Assembly: GCA_001776545.1 (NCBI GenBank) | Contig: MFBZ01000002.1 | Location: 1-56,105 of the forward strand | Origin: Candidatus Curtissbacteria bacterium RIFCSPLOWO2_12_FULL_41_16 | GTDB taxonomy: Bacteria; Patescibacteriota; Microgenomatia; Curtissbacterales; GWA2-41-24 | Direction: 5' to 3' | DNA: 56,105 bases | Shown: positions 35,571-44,500 of the stretch, piece by piece | Layout: each line of letters starts with the position of its first letter | How positions within the stretch are numbered: position 1 is the first letter of the stretch | Notes under the pieces: model-generated | What the model saw: only the letters and a program-made list of their open reading frames with translations | Databases searched by the model: none | What the model was told of the DNA's origin: nothing | Made by a program: the position numbers and the translations under genes

Positions 35571-37163
35571 GTGAAAAAACTGCTCCCCGCCTTTCTCGCT
35601 TTTCTGCTAATCTTTTTTATCTCTCCTGTTTGGGCGCAAACGCCCCCATTTTCCGTCAACAACGCCAACCGAGTTCCTGGCCAAATTCTGGTTAAATTTA
35701 AAAGCGGGACTTCCCAGAGTTTTATCAACGAAAATCTAATCAGATTTAATGCCAGAATTGCCTCTCGGATTGAAAGATTAAACGTCTTAGCGCTTAATGT
35801 CCCAATTTCTCAAGAAGATGTTATAATTTCTGCCCTTTCCAAAATTCCCAGTGTCGAATTTGCCGAACCAGACTTTGTCGCCAAAGCCCTTACCGCAACT
35901 TCCGATCCGTCATTATCCAGCCAGTGGGGCATGTTTAAAGTTGTGGCAGCTGCCAATCCCGACCCCAGCGCTTGGAATATTACAATCGGCAGCGCAACTG
36001 CAAAAATTGCCGTTTTGGATACTGGTATCGATCAAGATCATGAAGATTTAGCTGCCAAAGTTGTCGCCAACCAAAACTTCACGTCAAGCCCAACCATTGA
36101 TGATCTCTATGGCCATGGTACCCATGTCGGCGGCATCGCTGCGGCCATTACCAATAACGCAACAGGAGTGGCCGGCCTTGGCTACAACTCCTCCCTGATG
36201 AACGTAAAGGTGCTGGACGATAGCGGTTCCGGTTATTATTCATGGATTGCCAATGGCATTATTTGGGCCACAGATAACGGTGCCAAAGTTATCAATATGA
36301 GTTTAGGCGGATCAAGCGGTTCGTCGACACTTCAAAACGCCGTTAATTACGCGGTCGCCAACGGGGTAGTTGTTGTGGCCGCAGCCGGCAATAGCGGCAA
36401 TTCGTCTCGAACCTATCCGGCCTATTATTCAAATGTCATCGCGACTGCTGCAACCGACTCAAATGACGTCAAAGCCGGTTGGTCAAGCTATGGCTCATGG
36501 GTAGATGTAGCCGCTCCCGGGGTTAACATCTATTCCACTTTCCCGAATCACCCGTATCAAATCAATAAGGCGCTAAGTTACGATTACGGTTCTGGAACTT
36601 CCATGGCCACGCCGCATGTTGCGGGTTTGGCTGCTCTTGTTTGGGCAACAGGAATTTGCGCAACCAACACCTGTGTCAGGGCACAAATTGAAAATAATGC
36701 CGATGCAATCACAGGCACTGGCACTTACTGGACTTATGGCCGCATCAATGCTTATAAATCAGTCGGCGGTACGTCGCCAAGTCCATCGCCATCGTCAACA
36801 CCTACTCCAACTCCCACACCCACTCCAACTCCAACACCGGTACCGGCGCTAACCATGCGTGTTTCCGATATTTCTATGTCGTATACAGCAATTTGGAAGT
36901 GGCGTAATGTTTACACCAAAGTCACGGTTTTGGACCAAAACAATAATCCCGTCTCTAGCGCCAATGTCTCACTTACAGTAACCCTACCATCCTCAAACAC
37001 AGCAACCAGTTCAGGATCAACAGGCAGCAATGGGACTATTACCTTCAAGGTAAGATCCAAAGAAACCGGCACTTACACATCAACCGTTATGGGCGTCACC
37101 AAGACAAACTATACTTACGATGCGGCAAGCTCCATCACAACTCAAACAGTGTTGGTCATTTGA
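35571..37163 (+). CDS. secreted subtilisin-like serine protease (S8) with I9-like propeptide, PT linker and C-terminal beta domain
   Basis: 530 aa, GTG start, signal peptide ending VWA. Catalytic triad blocks VLDTGID, HGTHVGG, GTSMATPHVAG. PSPSPSSTPTPTPTPTPTP linker. Confidence 0.92.
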   Translation: MKKLLPAFLAFLLIFFISPVWAQTPPFSVNNANRVPGQILVKFKSGTSQSFINENLIRFNARIASRIERLNVLALNVPISQEDVIISALSKIPSVEFAEPDFVAKALTATSDPSLSSQWGMFKVVAAANPDPSAWNITIGSATAKIAVLDTGIDQDHEDLAAKVVANQNFTSSPTIDDLYGHGTHVGGIAAAITNNATGVAGLGYNSSLMNVKVLDDSGSGYYSWIANGIIWATDNGAKVINMSLGGSSGSSTLQNAVNYAVANGVVVVAAAGNSGNSSRTYPAYYSNVIATAATDSNDVKAGWSSYGSWVDVAAPGVNIYSTFPNHPYQINKALSYDYGSGTSMATPHVAGLAALVWATGICATNTCVRAQIENNADAITGTGTYWTYGRINAYKSVGGTSPSPSPSSTPTPTPTPTPTPTPVPALTMRVSDISMSYTAIWKWRNVYTKVTVLDQNNNPVSSANVSLTVTLPSSNTATSSGSTGSNGTITFKVRSKETGTYTSTVMGVTKTNYTYDAASSITTQTVLVI

Positions 37164-37216
37164 CATCCCTCTAATAAAGTTATATAAATAGCCTTGCCCT
37201 GCCCGATCTGACATCA

Positions 37217-37468
37217 ATGAATCAGACGGACAACGAATTCTCTACAGTTAAAATTACGCCCCAGCTACTTGCCCAAGTTATTGATGCTCTCAAGAATAAA
37301 GCGTATGGGAGTGTTGAAATCTACATTCAAAATTACCGGGTTGTCCAGATTACTGAACGAACTATTACCAAGGTACAAACTGCCAGAAGTTTTAAAAAAA
37401 TCATAACTGGCCAAAATGACAACTCGGTCAACAAGGTTCACTCAAGGCAAGTTGAATCTCAATTGTGA
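37217..37468 (+). CDS. YezD/DUF2292-like small protein
   Basis: 83 aa. LKNKAYGSVEIYIQNYRVVQITERT resembles the YezD core (GSV.i.vqdg.vvqie). Confidence 0.55.
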   Translation: MNQTDNEFSTVKITPQLLAQVIDALKNKAYGSVEIYIQNYRVVQITERTITKVQTARSFKKIITGQNDNSVNKVHSRQVESQL

Positions 37469-38094
37469 AAAAAATTCTGTTTCTACTGCCGATTTTTCTT
37501 TTGAGTTTTGCCATTTTCAAAAGTGCCTTCGCTAAATCTTCTTTGGAAGTTGCCACGGATCCCAGTTTTTCCAGTCAAACATTAAATTTTTCTCCCGGCC
37601 AAACAATTTATGTGCGGACGCTAGCCGGAAACGACGGTCGCGACAAACATCTTCTCAATCTGCGCGATAACCAATATAATTTTCTGCAAAGTTACGATTT
37701 AGCCAGAACAAGCGACAATCAGTTCTCCACAAGTCTTACAGCCCCCCAGGTCGAGGGCTATTATTCGCTTGAGGTGCAAATCGAATCGGGCAGCAATGTG
37801 GCAACTTCTGTCAAAACAATCAAGGTCGGCAGTCCCGCAAGTGCCAATGTCAAAGTCAATGTCAAAAGCGAGGTTAAAGGGCAGTCGGTGACTGTCAATG
37901 ACAACGCTGATAAAAACGATGCCATTCAATCTCCATCAGCAGGTCCTGCCGCACAAGACGCCTCAAACTGGCGATCGGTCCCAGATCAGGAATTACTTGA
38001 AAATCCCGATTTTACCTTTGGAGAGCCCCCAAGCTTCTTTTTGCAAATTGAACAGTTCTTTGCAAAAATTTGGGAAAGTTTTTGGCCGTTTTAG
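37465..38094 (+). CDS. secreted hypothetical protein
   Basis: 209 aa, GTGA overlap with the upstream gene, signal peptide ending SAFA. No family recognised. Confidence 0.5.
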   Translation: MKKILFLLPIFLLSFAIFKSAFAKSSLEVATDPSFSSQTLNFSPGQTIYVRTLAGNDGRDKHLLNLRDNQYNFLQSYDLARTSDNQFSTSLTAPQVEGYYSLEVQIESGSNVATSVKTIKVGSPASANVKVNVKSEVKGQSVTVNDNADKNDAIQSPSAGPAAQDASNWRSVPDQELLENPDFTFGEPPSFFLQIEQFFAKIWESFWPF

Positions 38095-38176
38095 TCAATA
38101 ACAATAAACTAGAAACCGGAAACTTGAAATCAACATACAACTCATAGTCATGTAAGCAGTTTCTTACTAAAACTTC

Positions 38177-38193
38177 TCCACCTCCGAGGTGGA
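38177..38193. repeat. single palindrome TCCACCTCCGAGGTGGA
   Basis: Perfect 8+1+8 palindrome of the CACCTC-S-GAGGTG family. Confidence 0.8.
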
Positions 38194-38215
38194 TTGAATA
38201 ACGGAGATTGGGAAC

Positions 38216-38243
38216 TTGACAAACAATAATTTTCATATATAAT
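38216..38243 (+). promoter_or_regulatory. sigma70-like promoter (TTGACA-16-TATAAT)
   Basis: TTGACA at 38216-38221 and TATAAT at 38238-38243. Confidence 0.5.
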
Positions 38244-38273
38244 TACCACATAGTTATTAATTAAAAGATACTG

Positions 38274-38303
38274 CCCAGCTGTCCAAAAAACGCTGGGTTT
38301 TTT
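38274..38303 (+). terminator. intrinsic terminator-like hairpin plus T6, 9 nt upstream of the next start codon
   Basis: CCCAGC (38274-38279) / GCTGGG (38292-38297) with a 12-nt loop, then TTTTTT at 38298-38303. Confidence 0.5.
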
Positions 38304-38312
38304 AATCGCCAA

Positions 38313-39050
38313 ATGTCACAAAACACAAAGCAAAAACAAACCCTAACTTTAAGTCCAGACTGGTTCACCATGTTTGTTTCCCAAATCGTGGATTATGGCG
38401 CCAAAGTTAGACAAAATAGTTTTAAGATGGTTGACTTTAAATCGCTCAATCCCTTCAAGAACGCCAGCGTTGACAAATTAACAAGTATTCTCAAAAAGGC
38501 AACCACCCTTGCCAAAAAGCGCGCACTGCTGCTGGTGCTTGTAATAGCCGCGCTTTCCTTATTTGCCATAGTCAGGGTTAAAGGTACGCCCCAAAATCCG
38601 CTAACTATTGCCGGTTCGCAAACTGACTTTTCACCCCAGACACAGATATCAGTTAATCGGAAATTTGAAATTCCGATTAGGAATGCAAAAGGCGCAGACA
38701 CCGGCGACAAACTGGCAGTAACACTAACAACCATTGACAGCTCCAAAAAAATTCTCATCCAAGGCAAGCCGGCAACCGCCCGCGACACCAAAGCCTTCCT
38801 TATCCTTAATTTGGAAATTGAAAATTCGATAACTAACCAGCTGACTGTCAGGCCGGTTGATTTTATCCGGTTGGTTGACGAACAGAACCGAAGCTTCGCG
38901 CCGGATGTGCACAACAATGAGGTTACGGTTGAACCGGTTTCCATTAAAAAAACCCGTGTTGGTTTTGTGGTTGATGAGGAAAAGAAGAATTTTAAATTCT
39001 TTTTTGGCGAGATAAGCGGCGAAAAGCAAACTATCGAAATCTCGATTTAG
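38313..39050 (+). CDS. membrane-anchored protein with DUF4352-like beta-sandwich domain
   Basis: 245 aa with TM LLLVLVIAALSLFAIV. FLILNLEIENSITNQLTVRPVDFIRLVD resembles DUF4352. Confidence 0.5.
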   Translation: MSQNTKQKQTLTLSPDWFTMFVSQIVDYGAKVRQNSFKMVDFKSLNPFKNASVDKLTSILKKATTLAKKRALLLVLVIAALSLFAIVRVKGTPQNPLTIAGSQTDFSPQTQISVNRKFEIPIRNAKGADTGDKLAVTLTTIDSSKKILIQGKPATARDTKAFLILNLEIENSITNQLTVRPVDFIRLVDEQNRSFAPDVHNNEVTVEPVSIKKTRVGFVVDEEKKNFKFFFGEISGEKQTIEISI

Positions 39051-39133
39051 TTTTATTTGTGTCTTGACAAGGCTGGACGGGCCCTGTTAAGCTTTAGCAA
39101 GCTAGAAAACTGAATAGTTTTTGAACCGACCGC

Positions 39134-39189
39134 AAACGGAGGTTTGTTTCTTAGGTCAAATGACCTAGGGGATAAACCTCCGTTTTTTT
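39134..39189 (+). terminator. strong two-tier intrinsic terminator
   Basis: Outer stem AAACGGAGGTTT / AAACCTCCGTTT, inner stem TAGGTC / GACCTA, followed by T7. Confidence 0.7.
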
Positions 39190-39280
39190 GAATTGCGAAT
39201 TGCGAACTATGAATCGCGAATTAATAAAAGTTTTCAATATTTCGAAGTTCATAATTCGAAGTTCAAATTTCTGAAGAAAG
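39190..39280 (+). repeat. period-7/14 degenerate tandem repeat upstream of the 39297 gene
   Basis: Single register: GAATTGC GAATTGC GAACTAT GAATCGC GAATTAA ... ATTTCGA AGTTCAT AATTCGA AGTTCAA ATTTCTG. Confidence 0.75.
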
Positions 39281-39296
39281 GGGGTGAAAACAAAAT

Positions 39297-40586
39297 ATGC
39301 ACAAACTTCTTTATAAAGCAGGTACCGGTCTCGCAGCAGCAGCAATAATTGCGCAGGGTTTCGCAGGTGTAGCTTTGGCAAGTTTAGACGTTGAAATCTC
39401 CGGAAACGGAGCAAACAGCGATAACACTGCTAACGTTGCAGTATCAACTGATACTCAAGTTACGCAGAATAACACCGCTAACATCACAAACAACGTCAAT
39501 GTCTCAGCAGACACCGGCGCAAACGACGCCAACAAGAATACAGGCGGAGATGTAGACATTACTACAGGCAATGCCACGACAACTGTTGGTGTTTCAAACA
39601 CTGCAAATTCAAATGTTGCAGACGTTAACGGATGTTGCCCAAGCGATCTAAACGTTAAGATTTCTGGAAACGGTGCTAAGAGTGACAACGATGCAAATGT
39701 CGCAGTCAAAAACAGCACATGGGTTGACCAGAACAACTACGCCAAGATCAAGAACAACGTTGACGTAGATTCCGACACCGGCAAGAACGATGCCAACGGC
39801 AATACAGGCGGCAGTGTATCCATCACAACCGGAAATTCCTCAAGTGACGTTGCTGTTTCTAACACGGCAAACAAAAACGTTGCAACAGTAGGCAATGGTT
39901 CCGGAGGCGGATCACTCTCAGTTGTTATTTCTGGAAACGGTTACAAGAGCACTAACACTGCAAATGTAGCAGTAGCATCTCTAACAGGTGTTCAACAGAA
40001 TAACAGAGCAAAGATCACCAATGACGTTGACGTCGATGCAGACACCGGCAAGAACGATGCTAACCACAACACCGGCGGAGATGTAGAAATCTTAACCGGC
40101 AATGCGGATGCAGAAGTTGATGTTTCCAACTTGGCAAACTTCAACTTTGCGGATGTTGATTCTTGCGGCTGTATTCTTGACGGAACCGTCAAAATAGCCG
40201 GCAACGGTGCAAAGAGCGACAACGACGCAAATGTAGCGCTTGCTAGTGCCAAGGTAATTGGCCAAAACAATGACTACTCTTGCGGTTACGGTCATAGAGG
40301 TGGAAACGACGTGAATTCTTCTTCTGAGAATGGTCACAAGTCTACACCATGCAATGACGTAAATGTCGATCTGGACACCGGTAAGAACGACGCAAACGGC
40401 AATACTGGCGACCCTGGTGGTGACCCATCAGTAACAACCGGTAATGCTGAAGCCGATGTAGTGGTCGAGACAACTGCAAATTCCAACGTTGTTGGAGATG
40501 CGGATTTCGATTTTGACTTCCCTGAGATAGATCTTGGCGGAAGTTCAGCGTCGCTACTTTTGTTGCTTTTGGCTTTCTTTAGCTAA
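39297..40586 (+). CDS. secreted protein of four ~89-aa Asn/Thr/Gly-rich modules with a hydrophobic C-terminus
   Basis: 429 aa, signal peptide ending ALA. Modules at nt 39381-39647, 39648-39914, 39915-40184 and 40185-~40510. Each contains SGNGA.S.N.ANVAV...Q.N.A.I.N.V.V..DTG.NDAN.NTGG.V.I.TGN, with Cys pairs at module junctions. Confidence 0.75.
   Translation: MHKLLYKAGTGLAAAAIIAQGFAGVALASLDVEISGNGANSDNTANVAVSTDTQVTQNNTANITNNVNVSADTGANDANKNTGGDVDITTGNATTTVGVSNTANSNVADVNGCCPSDLNVKISGNGAKSDNDANVAVKNSTWVDQNNYAKIKNNVDVDSDTGKNDANGNTGGSVSITTGNSSSDVAVSNTANKNVATVGNGSGGGSLSVVISGNGYKSTNTANVAVASLTGVQQNNRAKITNDVDVDADTGKNDANHNTGGDVEILTGNADAEVDVSNLANFNFADVDSCGCILDGTVKIAGNGAKSDNDANVALASAKVIGQNNDYSCGYGHRGGNDVNSSSENGHKSTPCNDVNVDLDTGKNDANGNTGDPGGDPSVTTGNAEADVVVETTANSNVVGDADFDFDFPEIDLGGSSASLLLLLLAFFS
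39381..40510 (+). repeat. four tandem ~267-270-nt coding repeats (protein modules)
   Basis: Module boundaries were read from the translation. The long antisense ORFs here are a by-product of the repeat composition. Confidence 0.8.
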
Positions 40587-40600
40587 AGAGCAAAATCCTA

Positions 40601-40669
40601 ATTCTTGGAGGCTTTGCCCAAAGGGTTGGAGTCTCAAAACAAGAACTCTGAGGGTAAACCTCCAAGAAT
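40601..40669 (+). other. long-range stem structure in the 3' region of the 39297 gene
   Basis: ATTCTTGGAGG (40601-40611) pairs with CCTCCAAGAAT (40659-40669), an 11-bp perfect stem enclosing 47 nt. No T-run follows. Confidence 0.5.
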
Positions 40670-40681
40670 GAAGGGGTATAA

Positions 40682-40716
40682 ATAACAATTGACATTTGAC
40701 AATTAACAATTGACAG
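40682..40716 (+). repeat. period-7 repeat ATAACAA TTGACAT TTGACAA TTAACAA TTGACAG
   Basis: Five units in one register, including three TTGACA hexamers. Confidence 0.75.
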
Positions 40717-40775
40717 GAGTTAATTTCCCGAAATTCTGCCCGCAAGATAAAAATACTTAATTAGGAAATACTAAC

Positions 40776-43049
40776 TTGATAAGATTTGTAAAAAAATTAA
40801 GAAAAGTTTTTATAAGCTGGGTGCTTGTTTTTGCACTTGTTTTGGGAACGCCTACTTTTGTATTTTCGCAGACTGCACCGGATCCCCTTACACCTCCTGA
40901 TCCGATAACTGCACCAGAACCATTGAATATTTCGCCGCCTCCTGCACCGACACCGCCGCCAGCGCCCACACCTCCGCCTCCAATAGTATTTCCATCGCCA
41001 AGCCCATTTCCGAGCCCCTCACCCATAGTTGCGCCTTCGCCATTGCCGACTACTCAGCAAACTTCAGGGTCAACAGACCAAAACCAAGGTTCTACTACCC
41101 AAACCAGAAATAGGAACAGCACAAACGAGGGCACAACCGCAAACAGCACGCCCACGGTTTCCGCGGACACAGGCCACAGTTCTTCGGGTAACACTGGCGG
41201 CAATACAGCCATTGCAACAGGCAACGCAACTGCAGCAGGTGTCATTACATCCACTGCAAATGGTGCGGTAGTAACAGCAGGCAGCGGTTCCTCATGCAGT
41301 GCCTGTGTTCCTTCGGCATCTGCGACAAACAGCGGAAACGGTGCCGATTCGACCAATAATTCTTCCGCTTCCACTTCAAATAATACGGATGTGGATATCA
41401 ACAACACCGCGGTTATTGTTAACAATGCTAATTTTGAAGCCGACAGCGGCCACAACAACACTTCTTACAATACGGGCGGGGACTCCGATATCATTTCAGG
41501 CGATGCCAATGTTTCGGCAACCGTAATTACCAACGCAAATTCCGTTAATTTGGGCATTTATGAATTTGATGTTGTTGATAACCACACAGGGGATATAATC
41601 TTGGGGCAAAATCTGGAAAATTGCGTAAACTGTACCTCCGGTTCAACTTCGGCAGAAAACTCGGGGAACGGTGCCGATTCTACAAATGATGCAACGGCTT
41701 CTTCAAATTCGACCACAACCGAAACCATAAACAATGATGCGGATGTTGTAAACAATATTAATATTGATGCCGACAGCGGTCACAATAAGGCAAATTACAA
41801 TACAAACGGCGATTCCAACATTACGACCGGTGATGCCAATGTTGTTGCCAATGTTGTAAACGCAGTCAACACAGTTGTAGATGGCGTTGTTTATACAGTC
41901 AATATCTTCGGCGATTTGGTCGGTAATATAATTTTGCCCGACCAAAACTCTCAGGCCGACAGTGGTTGCGACAATTGCTGTGGTGGCGATGTCTTGGCGT
42001 CCAACACAAACAATGGTGCAGACAGCACCAATACAACGACTGCCTCAGTATCTTCGACTTCAACAACAACTCAAACTAACAATGCCACTATCAATAACAA
42101 TTTGAACCTTGATGCCAATTCCGGAGGGAATCAGACAAGCTTTAACACAGGTGGCGATAATTTGGTTGAGACAGGGGATGTTTCAGTTGATGCCAATGTG
42201 ATTAACGTTGCCAACGTCAATGTTGCAGGAACAGCTTGTGACTCACCTGTTTATATGGTCTTTATTAACGACCCAAATGGTAACTGGCAAGGGCAAATCG
42301 CCGGAGCAGGTCCTGGAACTTATTTCTATACTTCGGATGGCCTCATTTATGTGGTTGGCGAAAATGGTGATTTAATCGCCGTTAATTCCGGCAATGGTGC
42401 GGGTTCAACAAGCACTTCGACTGCCACACAGTCCAGCGATACCAACATTACTCAGAACAATACCGGCACGATCACCAACAACATCAATATCGATGCCAAT
42501 ACCGGTGATAACCAGGCTTCTTACAACACGAATGGTGACTCAAGCGTTAAAACCGGTGATGCCAATATCTTTGTCAATGTCGTAAACTTTATTAACTCCA
42601 ATTTCTCCGGCCGCAAAATTGTCATGACTTTAGTTAACGTCTTTGGTTCTTGGCTTGGCCATTTCGTGCCGCCGGGATTTAGCGCGCCGACAAACCAGGC
42701 GCAGGGGGATAATCCTGACACATCCAGCCAATCACAATCAGGCGGTCAGCAAGGATCAGGCGGATCCGGTGGTTCATCCTCATCAACTTCGTCAGGATCC
42801 GGCAGTCAGCCAATAGTTGGTAGTATTGCCTCCGGCGCAAGTTCCGTCTTTACCGGACTGGTTGGTGGCGCAAGAACAGAAAAAATTGTTCAAGACGACA
42901 ACTCCATAGCCCTTGGTCTATCATCCAATGGTCAGGACAACCAAACACAAGAAGATTCATCACTTGGTTTCAAACTATTATTGTTTGCAATTCCGCTAAT
43001 TTTTATCGGGTTCTTTTTAAGAAGACTACTCGCGCGTTCTCAATCCTGA
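40776..43049 (+). CDS. large secreted/anchored protein: Pro-rich N-region, at least 5 Asn/Thr/Gly-rich modules, Ser/Gly-rich stalk, C-terminal TM plus basic tail
   Basis: 757 aa, TTG start, signal peptide ending VFSQ. Repeated cores such as ADSGHNKANYNTNGDSNITTGDANVVANVVN. CxxC-type junctions (SCSAC, NCVNC, GCDNCC). C-terminus FKLLLFAIPLIFIGFFLRRLLAR. Confidence 0.75.
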   Translation: MIRFVKKLRKVFISWVLVFALVLGTPTFVFSQTAPDPLTPPDPITAPEPLNISPPPAPTPPPAPTPPPPIVFPSPSPFPSPSPIVAPSPLPTTQQTSGSTDQNQGSTTQTRNRNSTNEGTTANSTPTVSADTGHSSSGNTGGNTAIATGNATAAGVITSTANGAVVTAGSGSSCSACVPSASATNSGNGADSTNNSSASTSNNTDVDINNTAVIVNNANFEADSGHNNTSYNTGGDSDIISGDANVSATVITNANSVNLGIYEFDVVDNHTGDIILGQNLENCVNCTSGSTSAENSGNGADSTNDATASSNSTTTETINNDADVVNNINIDADSGHNKANYNTNGDSNITTGDANVVANVVNAVNTVVDGVVYTVNIFGDLVGNIILPDQNSQADSGCDNCCGGDVLASNTNNGADSTNTTTASVSSTSTTTQTNNATINNNLNLDANSGGNQTSFNTGGDNLVETGDVSVDANVINVANVNVAGTACDSPVYMVFINDPNGNWQGQIAGAGPGTYFYTSDGLIYVVGENGDLIAVNSGNGAGSTSTSTATQSSDTNITQNNTGTITNNINIDANTGDNQASYNTNGDSSVKTGDANIFVNVVNFINSNFSGRKIVMTLVNVFGSWLGHFVPPGFSAPTNQAQGDNPDTSSQSQSGGQQGSGGSGGSSSSTSSGSGSQPIVGSIASGASSVFTGLVGGARTEKIVQDDNSIALGLSSNGQDNQTQEDSSLGFKLLLFAIPLIFIGFFLRRLLARSQS

Positions 43050-43132
43050 AAATATTAAATTAAAGCTGTAATTATCTTCTATGTATCTTCAGGATAAACG
43101 CGTTTGATAGTCTTTAGATCATTTTGACCGTC

Positions 43133-43161
43133 TTGACGCATTCATTGATACTTTTTACAAT
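43133..43161 (+). promoter_or_regulatory. sigma70-like promoter (TTGACG-17-TACAAT) for the nucleotide-sugar operon
   Basis: Hexamers at 43133-43138 and 43156-43161. SD GAGGTG lies 8 nt before the ATG at 43197. Confidence 0.55.
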
Positions 43162-43196
43162 TTGTGTGAAATTTTTTTTCACTGAGGTGTGGAAAG

Positions 43197-44441
43197 ATGG
43201 AAGAATTCTCGAAATTATTAAAGCTGATTGAAGAAAGAAAGCCAAAAATCGGCATAATCGGAGCCGGTTATGTTGGACAGTCCGTTGCCCGTGGTGCACT
43301 ATCAGTAGGTTTTGAAGTACTTTGTTATGATATCGACCGTTCCAAAATTACGTCTATCAATCATCAAGGAATAAAAAATTTGTCCGCGACGGACAAATTC
43401 GAAGACTTAAAACACCGCCACGTTATTTGCATTTGTGTCCCTACTCCCATTACCAAAAAAAAGAAACCAGATCTTTCAATCCTTACCAAAATTTTAACAA
43501 AGCTTGAAAATCAGCTGCAAATCGGTCAGTTGATTATCATTGAAAGCTCGGTTGCTCCTGGAACGACCAGAAATCTTGCACTTCCTATCCTCGAGCGCTC
43601 TAAGCTAAAAACTGGCGAGGATTTTTTCCTTGCCCACTCACCTGAAAGAATTGATCCGGGCAATTTTGATTTCACTATTCAAAATACCCCTAAAATCGTA
43701 AGCGGCATAGATGATAAATCAAAAAAACTTGCAATCGCATTCTATGGCACTTTTGTCCAAAAAATTGTTCCTGTTTCCACGGTCGAAGTTGCCGAAATGA
43801 CCAAAGTCTTGGAAAATACCTTTCGTCTTGTTAATATCAGTCTCATCAATGAAGTTGCTGCCTTTGCCAAGGCCAGCGGCATCGACATTTGGGAAGTAAT
43901 TGAAGCGGCAGCAACAAAGCCCTATGGATTCTTGCCCCATTATCCCGGACCGGGCGCTGGGGGAGACTGCATTCCGGTTTTGCCGTATCATTTAATCGAC
44001 GCCGCCAAAAAACAAAATGTCAAACTGAAAATTGTCGAGGCCGCAGCTCGCGTCAATGAAACACAACCCCAAAAGATAGCCCAAAAAGCGATTCAACTCA
44101 TAAATGGCAAAACTAAAAATGGCAGCCCCAAAGTATTACTAGTAGGTGTTTCCTACAAGCCGGAAATCGCAGATACCCGTCAGTCACCGGCCATCAAAAT
44201 TTGGCAACACCTTAAAAAATCCGGTATCTCTGTGGTTTTTCATGATCCCTATGTTAAACAAATCAACGGCTCAACATCTCAAAAATTAACCTTAAAAACA
44301 GTCGAAAGCTGCGATGTGGTAATAATTACAACTCATCATAAAAAAATTGCTTATCGCCAACTTTTGAAAAATGGAACTCCGATAATCGATACCAGAAATA
44401 TTTTCGAGAACCTCAATCACCCCAATATTCACAGGATCTAG
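43197..44441 (+). CDS. nucleotide-sugar 6-dehydrogenase (UDP-glucose/UDP-ManNAc dehydrogenase family)
   Basis: 414 aa with IGIIGAGYVGQ Rossmann motif and catalytic Cys block GPGAGGDCIPVLP. Confidence 0.88.
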   Translation: MEEFSKLLKLIEERKPKIGIIGAGYVGQSVARGALSVGFEVLCYDIDRSKITSINHQGIKNLSATDKFEDLKHRHVICICVPTPITKKKKPDLSILTKILTKLENQLQIGQLIIIESSVAPGTTRNLALPILERSKLKTGEDFFLAHSPERIDPGNFDFTIQNTPKIVSGIDDKSKKLAIAFYGTFVQKIVPVSTVEVAEMTKVLENTFRLVNISLINEVAAFAKASGIDIWEVIEAAATKPYGFLPHYPGPGAGGDCIPVLPYHLIDAAKKQNVKLKIVEAAARVNETQPQKIAQKAIQLINGKTKNGSPKVLLVGVSYKPEIADTRQSPAIKIWQHLKKSGISVVFHDPYVKQINGSTSQKLTLKTVESCDVVIITTHHKKIAYRQLLKNGTPIIDTRNIFENLNHPNIHRI

Positions 44442-44500
44442 TAAATTCATCTTGCAATAACCCGCCTTCTAATATAAAATATTGGCTCTGCCCCCAAATT

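Noticed and set aside
39455-41461. Long antisense ORFs inside the repeat-protein genes (39455-39736, 39992-40270, 40757-41026, 41054-41461, all minus strand).
   Set aside because: They lie opposite strongly supported + strand genes and have low-complexity translations. They arise because the Asn/Thr/Gly codon repeats lack stop codons on the complementary strand.
39297-43049. The repeat-protein genes as targets of a diversity-generating retroelement.
   Set aside because: No reverse transcriptase gene and no template/variable repeat pair with adenine-specific differences can be seen in the window. The modules are diverged at all base types.
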